Assembly (NCBI GenBank): GCA_048939995.1
Contig: JBHLOY010000003.1
Coordinates: forward strand, 96,001-160,000
DNA from: Promethearchaeota archaeon
GTDB taxonomy: Archaea; Asgardarchaeota; Lokiarchaeia; Sigyniarchaeales; SOKP01
DNA: 64,000 nucleotides
Reading direction: 5' to 3'
The position numbers and the translations under genes are program-made. The notes below the pieces were generated by a model. The model was not told where the DNA came from, searched no databases, and saw only the letters and a program-made list of their open reading frames with translations. Shown here piece after piece: positions 9,859 through 20,075 of this stretch (within the stretch, counting starts at the first letter, position 1; every line of letters begins with the position of its first letter).

Positions 9859-10065
9859 TAATCCTTTTATTTTTATTCTAAAATAAAAATTAATTGGATT
9901 TAATATATCTCTATATTATCTTTTTTTTTTAAGGAATTTCTCCAATCTAATTTCATTAATCAAAAAAATCTAAATTAAATTCCTCTAAAATATTTATATA
10001 TTTAAAAGGATTAAGATATAATTATAGAAATTACCAATAAATCAAAAAATTTGGGTTAGATCTTC

Positions 10066-10617
10066 ATGAATTTTATAAAAACCTTTTTCATATCATTAAT
10101 AATCTATCTGGGATTGAATCTAGTTTTCGCTTTAATAATGGTATATTCATCTCCAATATTATCTGCTCAACCAGATGTGGGTATTTATATCATAGCAATG
10201 ATGTTCGGCCCCATTACTACGAGCCCTAGTGTAGCCTGGATTGACTCGGGAATAATATCATTAATACAATCCTTTCAACTTGGTGGTGATCCTTTAACTG
10301 CAACAATATTGTTTCTTTATTATATAATTCCTCCACTATTGACTGTAATCATAGGTGGAGCCATTGCAGATAGTACTTCTATTGCATTTCTATCTTGGTT
10401 ATTAGTAGCAATAATTTCTATTATCGCTTATATTCTAATAATAGTATTTGCTGGTTCTAATCCTCTAGTTTCACCCTCTTTATATTTTGGTATATATACA
10501 TTGTTGTGGTTCCTCTATGGGCCAACTGATCTCTATATAGCGATGATCCTATTTGGATTACTGAATATTTTCTTATATGGTTGTGTTTCTTTCCTAGTTA
10601 CGAGGAAGAAGCTTTAA
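10066..10617 (+). CDS. Hypothetical multi-pass membrane protein
   Basis: About 5-6 hydrophobic segments and a basic C-terminus. Confidence 0.7.
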   Translation: MNFIKTFFISLIIYLGLNLVFALIMVYSSPILSAQPDVGIYIIAMMFGPITTSPSVAWIDSGIISLIQSFQLGGDPLTATILFLYYIIPPLLTVIIGGAIADSTSIAFLSWLLVAIISIIAYILIIVFAGSNPLVSPSLYFGIYTLLWFLYGPTDLYIAMILFGLLNIFLYGCVSFLVTRKKL

Positions 10618-10645
10618 GTTAAATAAAAAATCTTATTTTTTTCTA

Positions 10646-11389
10646 TTATTTTGAGCAGATGCAGAATTCATTTTTAACTAAATCTATCTTATCAAATGTT
10701 AAATTTATAAGATTTACCATAAGTAATTTGTTTTCGAGGTTCGGATGCCCTAGGGAAGTTTTAATAACTTCAAGAGCTTGTAAAGTACCCAGAATACCTG
10801 GGGTCACACCGATTACGGGTAAAAGATTCGCTTCTTGCTGATATGGTTCTGGTTCGTTGAACACACATTGATAACATGCGGATTTTCTTGGATTAATTGT
10901 CATTATCTGACCAAAGAAATCCTTAATCCCAGCTATTACACATTTTAGATTAGCTTCAATTGCCATTTTATTAACTAGAAACTTTGTTGGCAAATTATCG
11001 CTACAATCAACAATGAAGTCCTTATTTTTAACATATTTTTTAATTGTATCCTCCTCTGCACAATCTTTATGTACATTAATCTTAACTTCAGAATTTATAT
11101 TAGATAAAACGGTTTTTGCAACATGAACCTTGTCCATATCAATTTGATTCTCGTTATAAAGGATTTGACGTTGCAAATTTGAAAGTGAAATTGTATCGTT
11201 ATCTATTATTGTAAGTTCTCCGATACCAGCAGCAACTAAATAGTATGCAAATGGAGATCCTAAACCTCCTGCCCCAATTTGGAGGACTTTAATCTGAGAT
11301 AATTTTTCTTGGCCATTTATACCAATATAAGGAGATATAATCTGTCTTGAATATCTATCTTTTTGTTTTTCAGTAAGAAATTTATTCAC
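10646..11389 (-). CDS. ThiF/MoeB/E1-like adenylyltransferase
   Basis: RYSRQ, GAGGLGS, SNLQRQ, DCSDN and CYQC motifs. Confidence 0.92.
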   Translation of the reverse strand: MNKFLTEKQKDRYSRQIISPYIGINGQEKLSQIKVLQIGAGGLGSPFAYYLVAAGIGELTIIDNDTISLSNLQRQILYNENQIDMDKVHVAKTVLSNINSEVKINVHKDCAEEDTIKKYVKNKDFIVDCSDNLPTKFLVNKMAIEANLKCVIAGIKDFFGQIMTINPRKSACYQCVFNEPEPYQQEANLLPVIGVTPGILGTLQALEVIKTSLGHPNLENKLLMVNLINLTFDKIDLVKNEFCICSK

Positions 11390-11756
11390 CTTTCATATAA
11401 CTTTTTACTTTTTTTAAGCATTCTTCAATCTCAATGAAAATTAATCCTAGATCAATATTTCGATCAACAAGTGATACTATAATTGTATTTTCGTCTATAG
11501 AAAGCATAACTAATAGGTAATCAATATATTCTACCGTTATATCAACTAGTTTGTCATCTATAGTTGAGATTGCACTTTCCATTGCACCAAAGGTAGTAGC
11601 TGCCATAGCACCAAATTTCCTATCATCAATATTTCTTGGTAGATTGGATATAATTGTGAGACCATTGCGATTAACAATAGCTGCTCCAATTATTCCAGTT
11701 ACAAGCTCTAGTTTTTCTAATTCTTTACTAAGATTTTCTAGTGAGATTGAATTCAT
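11382..11756 (-). CDS. Roadblock/LC7 (MglB-like) domain protein
   Basis: GIIGAAIVNRNGLTIISNLP, FGAMAAT and DLGLIFIE motifs. Confidence 0.88.
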   Translation of the reverse strand: MNSISLENLSKELEKLELVTGIIGAAIVNRNGLTIISNLPRNIDDRKFGAMAATTFGAMESAISTIDDKLVDITVEYIDYLLVMLSIDENTIIVSLVDRNIDLGLIFIEIEECLKKVKSYMKGE

Positions 11757-11815
11757 TTAAATTAGAACTTATAAACTATGATTTAAATTTTCCGCTAAAA
11801 AAGTTTATAAAATAA

Positions 11816-12016
11816 TTATCTATAGAAACCTTTGTTTCCATTAAATGGGCGGAATCGGTTTCTCCAACCAGGTTGTCTTAACTTGGCGGTTCTACCAAAA
11901 CCACAACTTGCGCAAAATCGTTTTCTCCTATGATAACTGTGTTTGCCACATCTCCGACAGGTTTTATGAGACGCTGCTTTATTCTTCTTTCCTTTACTTG
12001 GAGTTCCCTTACCCAT
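11816..12016 (-). CDS. rpl37e: 50S ribosomal protein L37e
   Basis: MGKGTPS..CRRCGKHSYH....CASCGFG motif. Confidence 0.97.
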   Translation of the reverse strand: MGKGTPSKGKKNKAASHKTCRRCGKHSYHRRKRFCASCGFGRTAKLRQPGWRNRFRPFNGNKGFYR

Positions 12017-12036
12017 TTATGCCTCACTCCTTAAAA

Positions 12037-12345
12037 TTAACTATCTTCATCTTCTTGTCTATGCATTAATTTATCTTCATCATTTTCAGAGAAGATCAAC
12101 TTCTCACGGTCTTGTCCGATGAAAATTACTGAAGCACCTCTTATCATCACTTTTCCAAGATCTTTGCTTCTCTTTCCACCACGACCAAAATATATTTCTT
12201 TTGCATCATCAACAATCAAATTCATATAATTATCAAACATCTCTAATTTCCCAGTTAAATAAGTATTCCAAATCTTTAATTTAATGCGAACTTCTGGCTT
12301 TAAAATCGCTTTACTCAAAGTCCTATGAATTGTTTGCTGAGACAT
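12037..12345 (-). CDS. Sm/Lsm-family RNA-binding protein
   Basis: Sm1 motif GKLEMFDNYMNLIV and Sm2 motif LGKVMIRGASV. Position upstream of rpl37e is the conserved archaeal arrangement. Confidence 0.92.
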   Translation of the reverse strand: MSQQTIHRTLSKAILKPEVRIKLKIWNTYLTGKLEMFDNYMNLIVDDAKEIYFGRGGKRSKDLGKVMIRGASVIFIGQDREKLIFSENDEDKLMHRQEDEDS

Positions 12346-12474
12346 ATTAGAAATAAGAAAATTAATTGAATATTCTATAAAATGTAGTAAAAATATAAAT
12401 ATTTTTTTATTCTAAACGATTTAATTAACCAATTTAATTAAGTTTATACTATTATATCATTTTGAAATTTAGAT

Positions 12475-13512
12475 ATGAAAAAGATTGGGATATTTGATAG
12501 TGGAGTAGAAACTCCTGAAGAAATTATCATGGCCGCAGGCTTTATACCCTATCGACTTTTTGGTGATCCTTCTATAGAACCTGATAAAGCAAATGAACAT
12601 ATTCCACCAACTCACTGCATATGGAGTAGAAATCTTCTTGAACGTGCGATTAATGGAATAGATGATGATATTATAGGCATTATCGGAACACACGGCTGTG
12701 ATCGTACTAATAGAGAATTTGATATTTGGATTGAATGTTTAAATCTTGACTTCATGTTTTTCCTTAATTCACCCCGTAAGAGAGACAATCTTGCTTTGAA
12801 GTTCTTCCTCGATGATATGAAGGAATTAATAATTCAGTTAGAAGAAAAGTTTAAACTAAAAATCTCTTTGGACAAAATTAAAGATTCCATTAAAACTTTA
12901 AATAAGATTAGAGTCTTACTAAAAGAAATCTCAGAATTTAGAAAGGAGATGAAATTAAAAGGATCTGAATTTCATTCATTAGTAAAAAAATCTCAACAGG
13001 AAGAGAAGAATATACTCCTAAATCTATTGGTGTCTAAATTAGAGGAGCTTAAAAAAGGAGAATCATTTGAGAACAAGAAATTTAAAAATATATTATTAAC
13101 CGGTTCAGAGATAGATGATACAGAATTCATTAAATATCTTGAAGATTTAGGATTCCATATTATTATAGATGATTTAGGGGTAGGTACTAAATATTTTTGG
13201 AATGCAGTGAAAGAAAATGGAGATCCAATAGAAAATTTAGCAAAATATCATCTAACCAAACCAATTAACTCGATAAAATTTCCGGCATACGAAAGATTTG
13301 AAGTATTGAAAAACTTAGCCATTGACTATAAGGTTGATGGAGTAATTAATATTGCTCAAAAGTTCTGTGAACCTGTATTATATGATCATCCTTTCTTACA
13401 TAGGAAATTTAAAGAGCTAGACATTCCATATTTATTTGTAGAAGTTACCTATAATCGAGAGTCTTATAAACAATTATCTACTAGATTTTCTGCCTTCGCA
13501 GAGATAATATAG
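12475..13512 (+). CDS. 2-hydroxyacyl-CoA dehydratase / benzoyl-CoA reductase-family subunit
   Basis: PEEIIMAAG, HGCD, VDGVI..AQKFCEP and STRFSAFAE motifs. Confidence 0.87.
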   Translation: MKKIGIFDSGVETPEEIIMAAGFIPYRLFGDPSIEPDKANEHIPPTHCIWSRNLLERAINGIDDDIIGIIGTHGCDRTNREFDIWIECLNLDFMFFLNSPRKRDNLALKFFLDDMKELIIQLEEKFKLKISLDKIKDSIKTLNKIRVLLKEISEFRKEMKLKGSEFHSLVKKSQQEEKNILLNLLVSKLEELKKGESFENKKFKNILLTGSEIDDTEFIKYLEDLGFHIIIDDLGVGTKYFWNAVKENGDPIENLAKYHLTKPINSIKFPAYERFEVLKNLAIDYKVDGVINIAQKFCEPVLYDHPFLHRKFKELDIPYLFVEVTYNRESYKQLSTRFSAFAEII

Positions 13513-13521
13513 AGGTGAATT

Positions 13522-14778
13522 ATGCCTAAAACAGAACATAAGAAAATGTTGGATGCCACCCAAGGGTTAAAAAACATTATGGGTCGCCACTTTTTAGCAA
13601 TTGAACAAGCATATAGAGATGGTAAACCAACTGCATGGGCTACTTCTGGTTCTCCCGTAGAAATGCTTTATGCTATGGATGTTCAACCAATTTTGCCTGA
13701 AAATAGCGCTACAATAAGTGCTGCCCAAAAGTTTTCACAAAACTTCATAGAAATTGCGGAACAAGAAGGCTATTCCTATGATTTATGTTCTTACTTTAAA
13801 ACAAATGTGGGAGCGGTGGTAAGTAACGCAGATATGGCAAAAGGAGGGACAAGAAAACCTACATTTATGTTGTCAACTGATGTGATTTGTGATACGCACG
13901 TTAATTGGTTTGAAGTTCAAGCTGAAAGATTTGGTGTACCACACTATACAATAGATGTTCCACATGTAGTAAGCAATAACACCAATCGACAATATAATTA
14001 CTTCAAGAAATATATCACAGAACAATTATATGAATTTATTGATTTTATTCAGGATGTTACTGGACATGAATATAATGAAGAAAAAAGTCTTGAAGTAACC
14101 AAAAATTCATGGGATTTGAGTATGATCTGGCAGGATATTTACAAATTGAGGAAAAGTGTTCCTTGTCCAATTTCTACAAGAGATACTTTCGGAGGGCTTT
14201 TTCCCCTCTTCACCATGCCAGGCTTAAAAGCTCCAATTAGATTGTACAAAAGAATGTATCGAGAAGCAAAAGAACGTGTGGACAAAGGTATTGGAGCTAT
14301 AGAAAACGAGGAATTTAGGTTGATGTTCGAAGGTATTCCCTTTTGGTATAATCTTAAATTTTTTAGTATTTTAGAAAAGTTGGGTGCGATTATTGTATAT
14401 GAGCCCTATACCTACGCATTTAGTAAATATATGAATCCAAATGTCACTAAAGAGTATGTTTTTAATAAACCAATTGAAGCGATGTCTGAATTAATGTTGA
14501 AATTCTGGTATATCTATGATCTACAAACTCGGATCAAGAAGTTTGAGGAAACCGTAAGAGAATGGAAAATTGATGGAGTACTATTGCACGAGAACTTATC
14601 TTGTAGACCAAATTCCTGCGGTTTATATGATTTAAAGCGTCATTTAATGGATGATTATGATATCCCGTCTCTAGTGATTTCCAGTGATATGAATGATCCA
14701 AGAAAAATGAATGAAACTCAATTAATTAATCAAATCGAGAGTTTCATAGAAATTCTCCGTAAAAGGAAAAAAAGATGA
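13522..14778 (+). CDS. 2-hydroxyacyl-CoA dehydratase / benzoyl-CoA reductase-family subunit
   Basis: PENS, DLCSY, ICD, IDGVLLHENLSCRP and DMNDPR motifs. GAGGTGA RBS upstream. Confidence 0.87.
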   Translation: MPKTEHKKMLDATQGLKNIMGRHFLAIEQAYRDGKPTAWATSGSPVEMLYAMDVQPILPENSATISAAQKFSQNFIEIAEQEGYSYDLCSYFKTNVGAVVSNADMAKGGTRKPTFMLSTDVICDTHVNWFEVQAERFGVPHYTIDVPHVVSNNTNRQYNYFKKYITEQLYEFIDFIQDVTGHEYNEEKSLEVTKNSWDLSMIWQDIYKLRKSVPCPISTRDTFGGLFPLFTMPGLKAPIRLYKRMYREAKERVDKGIGAIENEEFRLMFEGIPFWYNLKFFSILEKLGAIIVYEPYTYAFSKYMNPNVTKEYVFNKPIEAMSELMLKFWYIYDLQTRIKKFEETVREWKIDGVLLHENLSCRPNSCGLYDLKRHLMDDYDIPSLVISSDMNDPRKMNETQLINQIESFIEILRKRKKR

Positions 14779-14832
14779 GAATTTTTAGAAATCTCACTTT
14801 ATTTTCCTTTCAGTTTATTTAAATATTATTAT

Positions 14833-15351
14833 TTAATTGTAATAACTCAAATAAATCTTTTTTATTATGGATTGTAATTCTTCACGATCATTGTAATAGA
14901 ATAAATCATGACCAAGTTTAAAAAATGGGTTTAATAAACCTCCTTTTTTTAGCATATGCGTCATTTCCACGTTTTTTAATACGAATACCTTAGTTTTGTT
15001 ATAGAATTCAGGAAAAGCAACGATAATACCCATTTCTATCATCTGCCCTCCTTTATCATGCTCAAGTACCATAATAATTTCATCAGAAAACTTAGCGATT
15101 AAGTCAAATTTGAGGATTAGATTCTCACTGTGGGTACGTCGAAATTCTTTTTCAAAAAAAGCCAAGGTTTTTTCTCTCTTACTTAATATTTCCTTTATTT
15201 GAATTAAGCTAGGGAAGTTTGCTTCACTGTATGACCCACAAATGAAAATTTTGTATTTTAAAAGGTCAAAAATTGAAAATACATCAACAAATTCATCTAA
15301 AAATTCTTCCCATGTTTCTTCATGTGAATGCTCCATTTTATGTCTCACCAT
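14833..15351 (-). CDS. Hypothetical protein, nucleoside-deoxyribosyltransferase (NDT)-like fold
   Basis: KIFICG...SDEIIMVLE...GGQMIEMG pattern. Confidence 0.5.
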   Translation of the reverse strand: MVRHKMEHSHEETWEEFLDEFVDVFSIFDLLKYKIFICGSYSEANFPSLIQIKEILSKREKTLAFFEKEFRRTHSENLILKFDLIAKFSDEIIMVLEHDKGGQMIEMGIIVAFPEFYNKTKVFVLKNVEMTHMLKKGGLLNPFFKLGHDLFYYNDREELQSIIKKIYLSYYN

Positions 15352-15465
15352 TAGTTAATATTCCTATTTCAATTGACTCGATATAATTTGAGTTAAATAT
15401 AAATATCAAGATTTATTATTTTTTTATAGAAGTAATGAAAAATTCAATAAAAACGTGAAGGGTGA

Positions 15466-15813
15466 GTGAAATTGGAAACTCCCAAAAAGTTAGAAAAAAT
15501 GAGAAAAGATTTAGAAATAATTTCAGAAAAGACTCGCTATAAGATATTACTTACATTATTGGCAAGTGGAGATAAGTTATCTTTCAGCCAACTTAAAGAA
15601 TTACTTCCCTCAATTCCAGATAACAACTTAAATTATCATCTTAGTGTACTAAAGGAAAATGAATTTATTAATAATGAAAAAAAATCTGAGTATAAGCGTA
15701 TGGAACCCCGCTCTTTCTATTCGTTAAGTAAACGAGCAATTAGCCTGCTTGACAACTTAGGACTTAATGCAGTTAAAAAAGAGTTCCAAGCATTGTTTCA
15801 ACAAATGACTTAA
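15466..15813 (+). CDS. ArsR-like winged-helix regulator
   Basis: RYKILLTL..LSFSQL..NLNYHLSVL...YSLS motif. Confidence 0.85.
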   Translation: MKLETPKKLEKMRKDLEIISEKTRYKILLTLLASGDKLSFSQLKELLPSIPDNNLNYHLSVLKENEFINNEKKSEYKRMEPRSFYSLSKRAISLLDNLGLNAVKKEFQALFQQMT

Positions 15814-15850
15814 CATTAATAGACATTAATAGAAAAAGTGTAGGAATTAA

Positions 15851-16528
15851 ATGCCGAGCTCCATATTTTCTCACCAAGCACCTGGATTAATTATAAAAAT
15901 AAAATATCCTTATAAGTTTGATGGAACAGCACTCTGCATAAGTACATTAGTTCCTGATATAGATGTAATTCTTGAACTATTATTTCCCATTTCTCTAAGA
16001 GGAATTACCCATAGTTTTCTTGGGTTGTTAATATGGACAATGCCCTTAACTATTCTCCTAACTATGCTTTTCTCTAGATACATTGGACCTCTATCTGCAA
16101 ATATTGCTAAAATAAATATCAAAATTTTCAAACCACTAAGATATTTTGGTGTAGATGAATGGGATCATCTACGTAAGAAAGAATTTAATATTAAGTTTTT
16201 TATTATTGCATCTTATTCAGCAATAATTGGAGGATTGACGCATCTTTTGCTTGATTTTCCATCACACGAGAAAATATATTTATTTTTTCCATGGGCTATT
16301 TTACAATCTCCTGATTTTTTATTGTACTCTATTATAAGCCATGGTACTTTTTATTTTGGTCAATTTCAAATTGAGGCTAATCTGACGGTATATCGTCTCA
16401 TCTGGAGCATTGAATCTCTAATAACTTTTATATTAACTCTTTATTTTCTTAGATATATCAAAAAGCATAATCTGATAAATGAATGGTATGAAGAGACCAG
16501 ACTTATCGATATAGAAAGTAAATTTTGA
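15851..16528 (+). CDS. DUF4184 / YdjM-like membrane metal-dependent hydrolase
   Basis: SH, VPD, ITHS and THLLLDFPSH metal-binding motifs, with TM segments. Confidence 0.75.
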   Translation: MPSSIFSHQAPGLIIKIKYPYKFDGTALCISTLVPDIDVILELLFPISLRGITHSFLGLLIWTMPLTILLTMLFSRYIGPLSANIAKINIKIFKPLRYFGVDEWDHLRKKEFNIKFFIIASYSAIIGGLTHLLLDFPSHEKIYLFFPWAILQSPDFLLYSIISHGTFYFGQFQIEANLTVYRLIWSIESLITFILTLYFLRYIKKHNLINEWYEETRLIDIESKF

Positions 16529-16539
16529 TTAGTTAAAGA

Positions 16540-16893
16540 TTAATTGGCAATTTTTATAAGAGAATTTGGAGTGAGTATAAGATATTCCTCTCCAATGCGG
16601 GCCATCGAACCTCCATTTTCCCGCAAAAATGATTTTAAATCTTCTATTCCCCTCTTAAGTTTAGTCACATCTACACTTTCAAGTAATGTTTTAGTGTTAA
16701 CGATTAGGATTCTACGTCCAAGTAGTTCTTTTTTAATTTCCTCGATTTGCTCTAGCGATGAGAAATCATACTTTTTAATTAAGAAACTCTGTTTTAGAGA
16801 CGGAAAATCTCTTGAAAAACCCATAGTCTCTTCAGGTGAACCTAGGAGTTCTTCATCCATTTTTTTCCAGAATTTAACCAATTTAAAGATCAC
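16540..16893 (-). CDS. sepF: Archaeal cell-division protein SepF
   Basis: ILIVN..LKRGIEDLK....GGSMARIGEEYLILTP motif. Confidence 0.82.
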   Translation of the reverse strand: MIFKLVKFWKKMDEELLGSPEETMGFSRDFPSLKQSFLIKKYDFSSLEQIEEIKKELLGRRILIVNTKTLLESVDVTKLKRGIEDLKSFLRENGGSMARIGEEYLILTPNSLIKIAN

Positions 16894-17199
16894 TCCTAAT
16901 TTTATTTATACGGTAAACATGTATGTGGGTTAGTATTTAAATTGAAAAATTATCCATGTGTATACTTATTGAATATAGAAATATTATTAAGAAAATACAA
17001 ACTCAAGTCTAACTAATTTACCTTTTATCAACCTAATCTATTTATGAGATATAATGAAAACTTTTACACTTTAAATATTGTAATATGCAAATAATATTAG
17101 TCTTCCAAATAAGTCTAAAATCTAACCTTCAGATAAACCCTTATTTGCTACAATTCATAATACTAACCATAATAAAATTAAAAATTTAAGATATAAATT

Positions 17200-17658
17200 A
17201 TGAGTGAAAAGGTTATCGTTACAAATAAAGGATTGATTAGAGCAGAGTTTAATTTCTGGGTTGGTCAGTATCTTGATAAATTTTATGATAATCTTGAGCA
17301 TAAAAAAATTATTGGAAATAAATGCCCAAAATGTGGTGATGTATTTGTTCCACCAAGAAAAGTATGTGGAAAGTGTAATTTTACCATTTCTCTAGACAAT
17401 AATTGGGTAGACTTGCCAAATACCGGTATACTTTTGAATTTTACAACAACTTCATATCGAGTTAATGATAGAAGTCATAGAAAGGCTAAACCACAAACAA
17501 TTGGAATGATAAGGATCGATGGAAGCAATAGTGCATTAGTATATAGATTATTAGGTTTGGAGCCCGAAGATATTAAAATAGGAATGAAATTAAAGGTTGA
17601 TTGGGAAGAGAGTACAAAAGGAAACCCTTCAGATATCAAGGGCTTCACGAAATTATGA
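17200..17658 (+). CDS. DUF35 Zn-ribbon/OB-fold acyl-CoA-binding protein
   Basis: CPKCG.VFVPPR.VCGKC and IGMKLKVDW motifs. Confidence 0.9.
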   Translation: MSEKVIVTNKGLIRAEFNFWVGQYLDKFYDNLEHKKIIGNKCPKCGDVFVPPRKVCGKCNFTISLDNNWVDLPNTGILLNFTTTSYRVNDRSHRKAKPQTIGMIRIDGSNSALVYRLLGLEPEDIKIGMKLKVDWEESTKGNPSDIKGFTKL

Positions 17659-17661
17659 GAG

Positions 17662-18816
17662 GTGAGACAAGAAATGCAAAAAGTAGGTATCGTTGGATAT
17701 TATCAAGTGAAATTGTATTCAGATGCTAATTATGGCAGATATGAGATGATCTTTGAGGCAGTAAGAGGAGCTCTGGACAGTGTGGGGTTAAAAAAAAAAG
17801 ACATATCGACTGTTGTATCAGCAACAAATGACTATTATGATGGACGAACTATCTCTAATGCACTTACTGTAGAACCTGGAGGAGGATATTTAGTTGATGA
17901 ATCTAAGGTAGAAATGGATGGTGCTTATGCGGTATTATATGGATTGATGAGAGTTTTATCTGGTAATCATAAATTGGCAGTTGTGTGGGGTGGAAGTATG
18001 GTATCATGCTTTCCTTATCATAGTGCACGATTATATGAAACAGATCCCACATGGGAGCGGCCACTTGCTTATGTGAATGATATAACCTCAGCAGGGTTTC
18101 AGATGAGAGCTTATATGGAGAAATATGGAGTAACTGCTGAAGAAATCGCTGAAATTGCTGTTAAAAATCATAATAATGCCTCAAAGAACCCTTTAGCTTT
18201 ACAAGAAGCTCAAAATCCAAATTTATCAGTTAAAGATATTTTAAGTTCAGAAATGTATGCTGATCCGGTGACAGAATTAATGGTAGCTCAACCATGTGAT
18301 GGTGTAGCCGCGTTATTACTAGCACCAGAAAAACAAGCATTGAAGATTACAGATAATCCTATATGGATCACAGGCGTTGGTTTTAACCAAGAAACTTATT
18401 ATCTTGGTGATAGAGATTTATCAATAAGCAAATCAATGGAATTAGCAGGTAAAATGGCTTTTAATTCAGCAGGAATTAATGATCCCATGAGTCAAATTGA
18501 TGTAGCTGAGATATTTGAGGCTTATGCACACGAAGAATTAATTCTTAGCGAAGCTCTGGGATTGACTGAAAAAGGAATGGGATATTCCTTAAATACTGAA
18601 ATTGGAGGAGATCTACCCATTAATCCTTCTGGAGGGGCTATTGGCGGAAATCCTCCTTGTGCCGCAGGATTAATAAGAATTATTGAAGCTACTAAACAAT
18701 TGAGGGGGGAAGCAAACGGATATCAAGTCAAGGGAGCAAAAAGAGCTATTGCTTCAGGTCAAATAGGACTTTGTGCCCAAAATAATATAATTTATGTATT
18801 AGAAGGAGGTAATTAA
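17662..18816 (+). CDS. SCP-x-type thiolase-superfamily protein (Ltp4-like)
   Basis: ESKVEMDGAYA, KNH.NA.KNP, CDG.AA and INPSGG motifs. No N-terminal catalytic Cys. Confidence 0.85.
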   Translation: MRQEMQKVGIVGYYQVKLYSDANYGRYEMIFEAVRGALDSVGLKKKDISTVVSATNDYYDGRTISNALTVEPGGGYLVDESKVEMDGAYAVLYGLMRVLSGNHKLAVVWGGSMVSCFPYHSARLYETDPTWERPLAYVNDITSAGFQMRAYMEKYGVTAEEIAEIAVKNHNNASKNPLALQEAQNPNLSVKDILSSEMYADPVTELMVAQPCDGVAALLLAPEKQALKITDNPIWITGVGFNQETYYLGDRDLSISKSMELAGKMAFNSAGINDPMSQIDVAEIFEAYAHEELILSEALGLTEKGMGYSLNTEIGGDLPINPSGGAIGGNPPCAAGLIRIIEATKQLRGEANGYQVKGAKRAIASGQIGLCAQNNIIYVLEGGN

Positions 18817-18818
18817 AA

Positions 18819-20066
18819 ATGGGAAGGCAAGTGTGCGTTGCAAGTGCAGGTTTTAGCGAACATGCTTCTAAGCGGTCAGATGTAAACATGCCGGAATTAG
18901 TAAGTGAAGCGATAGATGATTGTCTTAAAAAGATTCCCAGCCTTGAATTAAAAGACATTGATGCTTTTGTAAATGGGAATATGCCAGCATTTGAAGGATC
19001 AAATATTCCTGAACTATGGATGACAGATTGGATGGGTGCCAGAAATAAACCTGTAATGCGAGTAACTACAGGGGGAACTACAGGTGGTTCAGTATCTATT
19101 GCTGGATACTATTCTGTTGCTGCAGGATTACCTGGAATTGATACCGTATTAGCTATTGCTTTTGAACAACAATCTCAGGGTGATACAAGCGTTGGATTGG
19201 CTAGTACTGCTTATGGAGAAATTTCTGTTATGAACTCATTAGGTATACCTTATGATCAATTAACAATCATTTTATCGGGTGGTGCTGCTATTGGTATAGC
19301 TTCTTATCAAGCTACTAATTATATGCGTAAAAGTAAGATTACAGAAGAAGATTTAGCCCGAGTCGTAGTTCAAAACAGGCATAATGCTGCGAAAACATGG
19401 TGGGCTCATCTTAAAATGCCCGATCTTACTATTGAAGATGTTTTAGATACACCTTATATTTCATATCCTTTAAGATATGGAATGGTTTGTCCAGCCTCTG
19501 ATGGAGCATGTGCCATGCTTTTCACAACTGAAGAATACGCAAAGGAAATATGTGATATTCCCGTATATGTGAACGGAGTGGGCAGTGTTGCTAATGAAAC
19601 TGCTCTTATTGGATATGGAGGCAGTGGATCGGGACAGCTAGACCTTTCTGAACAACTGGGAGCTCAATTAACCTCTGACTTAGCCTTTAAGCAAGCTGGT
19701 ATTCACTTTCCAAGAAAAGAAATTGATTATGCTGAAGTCTATTCACCCTTTCCTAATCAAGAACTCATGTGGGTTGAAAAATTGGGGTTATTCGAACAAA
19801 ATACGGCACCAATTATGTATGAAACAGGGATAACAGCTTTAGATGGTGAATTGCCCATCAATTGTTCAGGAGGCGTCAATTCTACTAATGCTATTGGCGC
19901 ATCGGCATTGGAAAGACCTGCTGAAGCAGCTTTGCAAATTATGGGAAAAGCAAGTAACCAAATCCCTAAAACAGTGCACACATCATTAGGTCATGGATGG
20001 GGAGGGTATGTTAACTTAGTCACCATGATGGTTATGGCTGATGAACCAGCTAGAAAATATAAATAA
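18819..20066 (+). CDS. SCP-x-type thiolase-superfamily protein (Ltp3-like)
   Basis: KPVMRVTTGGTTGGS, CPASDGACA, AEVYSPF and HGWGG motifs. Confidence 0.85.
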   Translation: MGRQVCVASAGFSEHASKRSDVNMPELVSEAIDDCLKKIPSLELKDIDAFVNGNMPAFEGSNIPELWMTDWMGARNKPVMRVTTGGTTGGSVSIAGYYSVAAGLPGIDTVLAIAFEQQSQGDTSVGLASTAYGEISVMNSLGIPYDQLTIILSGGAAIGIASYQATNYMRKSKITEEDLARVVVQNRHNAAKTWWAHLKMPDLTIEDVLDTPYISYPLRYGMVCPASDGACAMLFTTEEYAKEICDIPVYVNGVGSVANETALIGYGGSGSGQLDLSEQLGAQLTSDLAFKQAGIHFPRKEIDYAEVYSPFPNQELMWVEKLGLFEQNTAPIMYETGITALDGELPINCSGGVNSTNAIGASALERPAEAALQIMGKASNQIPKTVHTSLGHGWGGYVNLVTMMVMADEPARKYK

Positions 20067-20075
20067 AAATAGAGG

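Noticed and set aside
15813-15832. Tandem 10-bp duplication ACATTAATAG x2
   Set aside because: Only two copies in an AT-rich spacer, most likely slippage.
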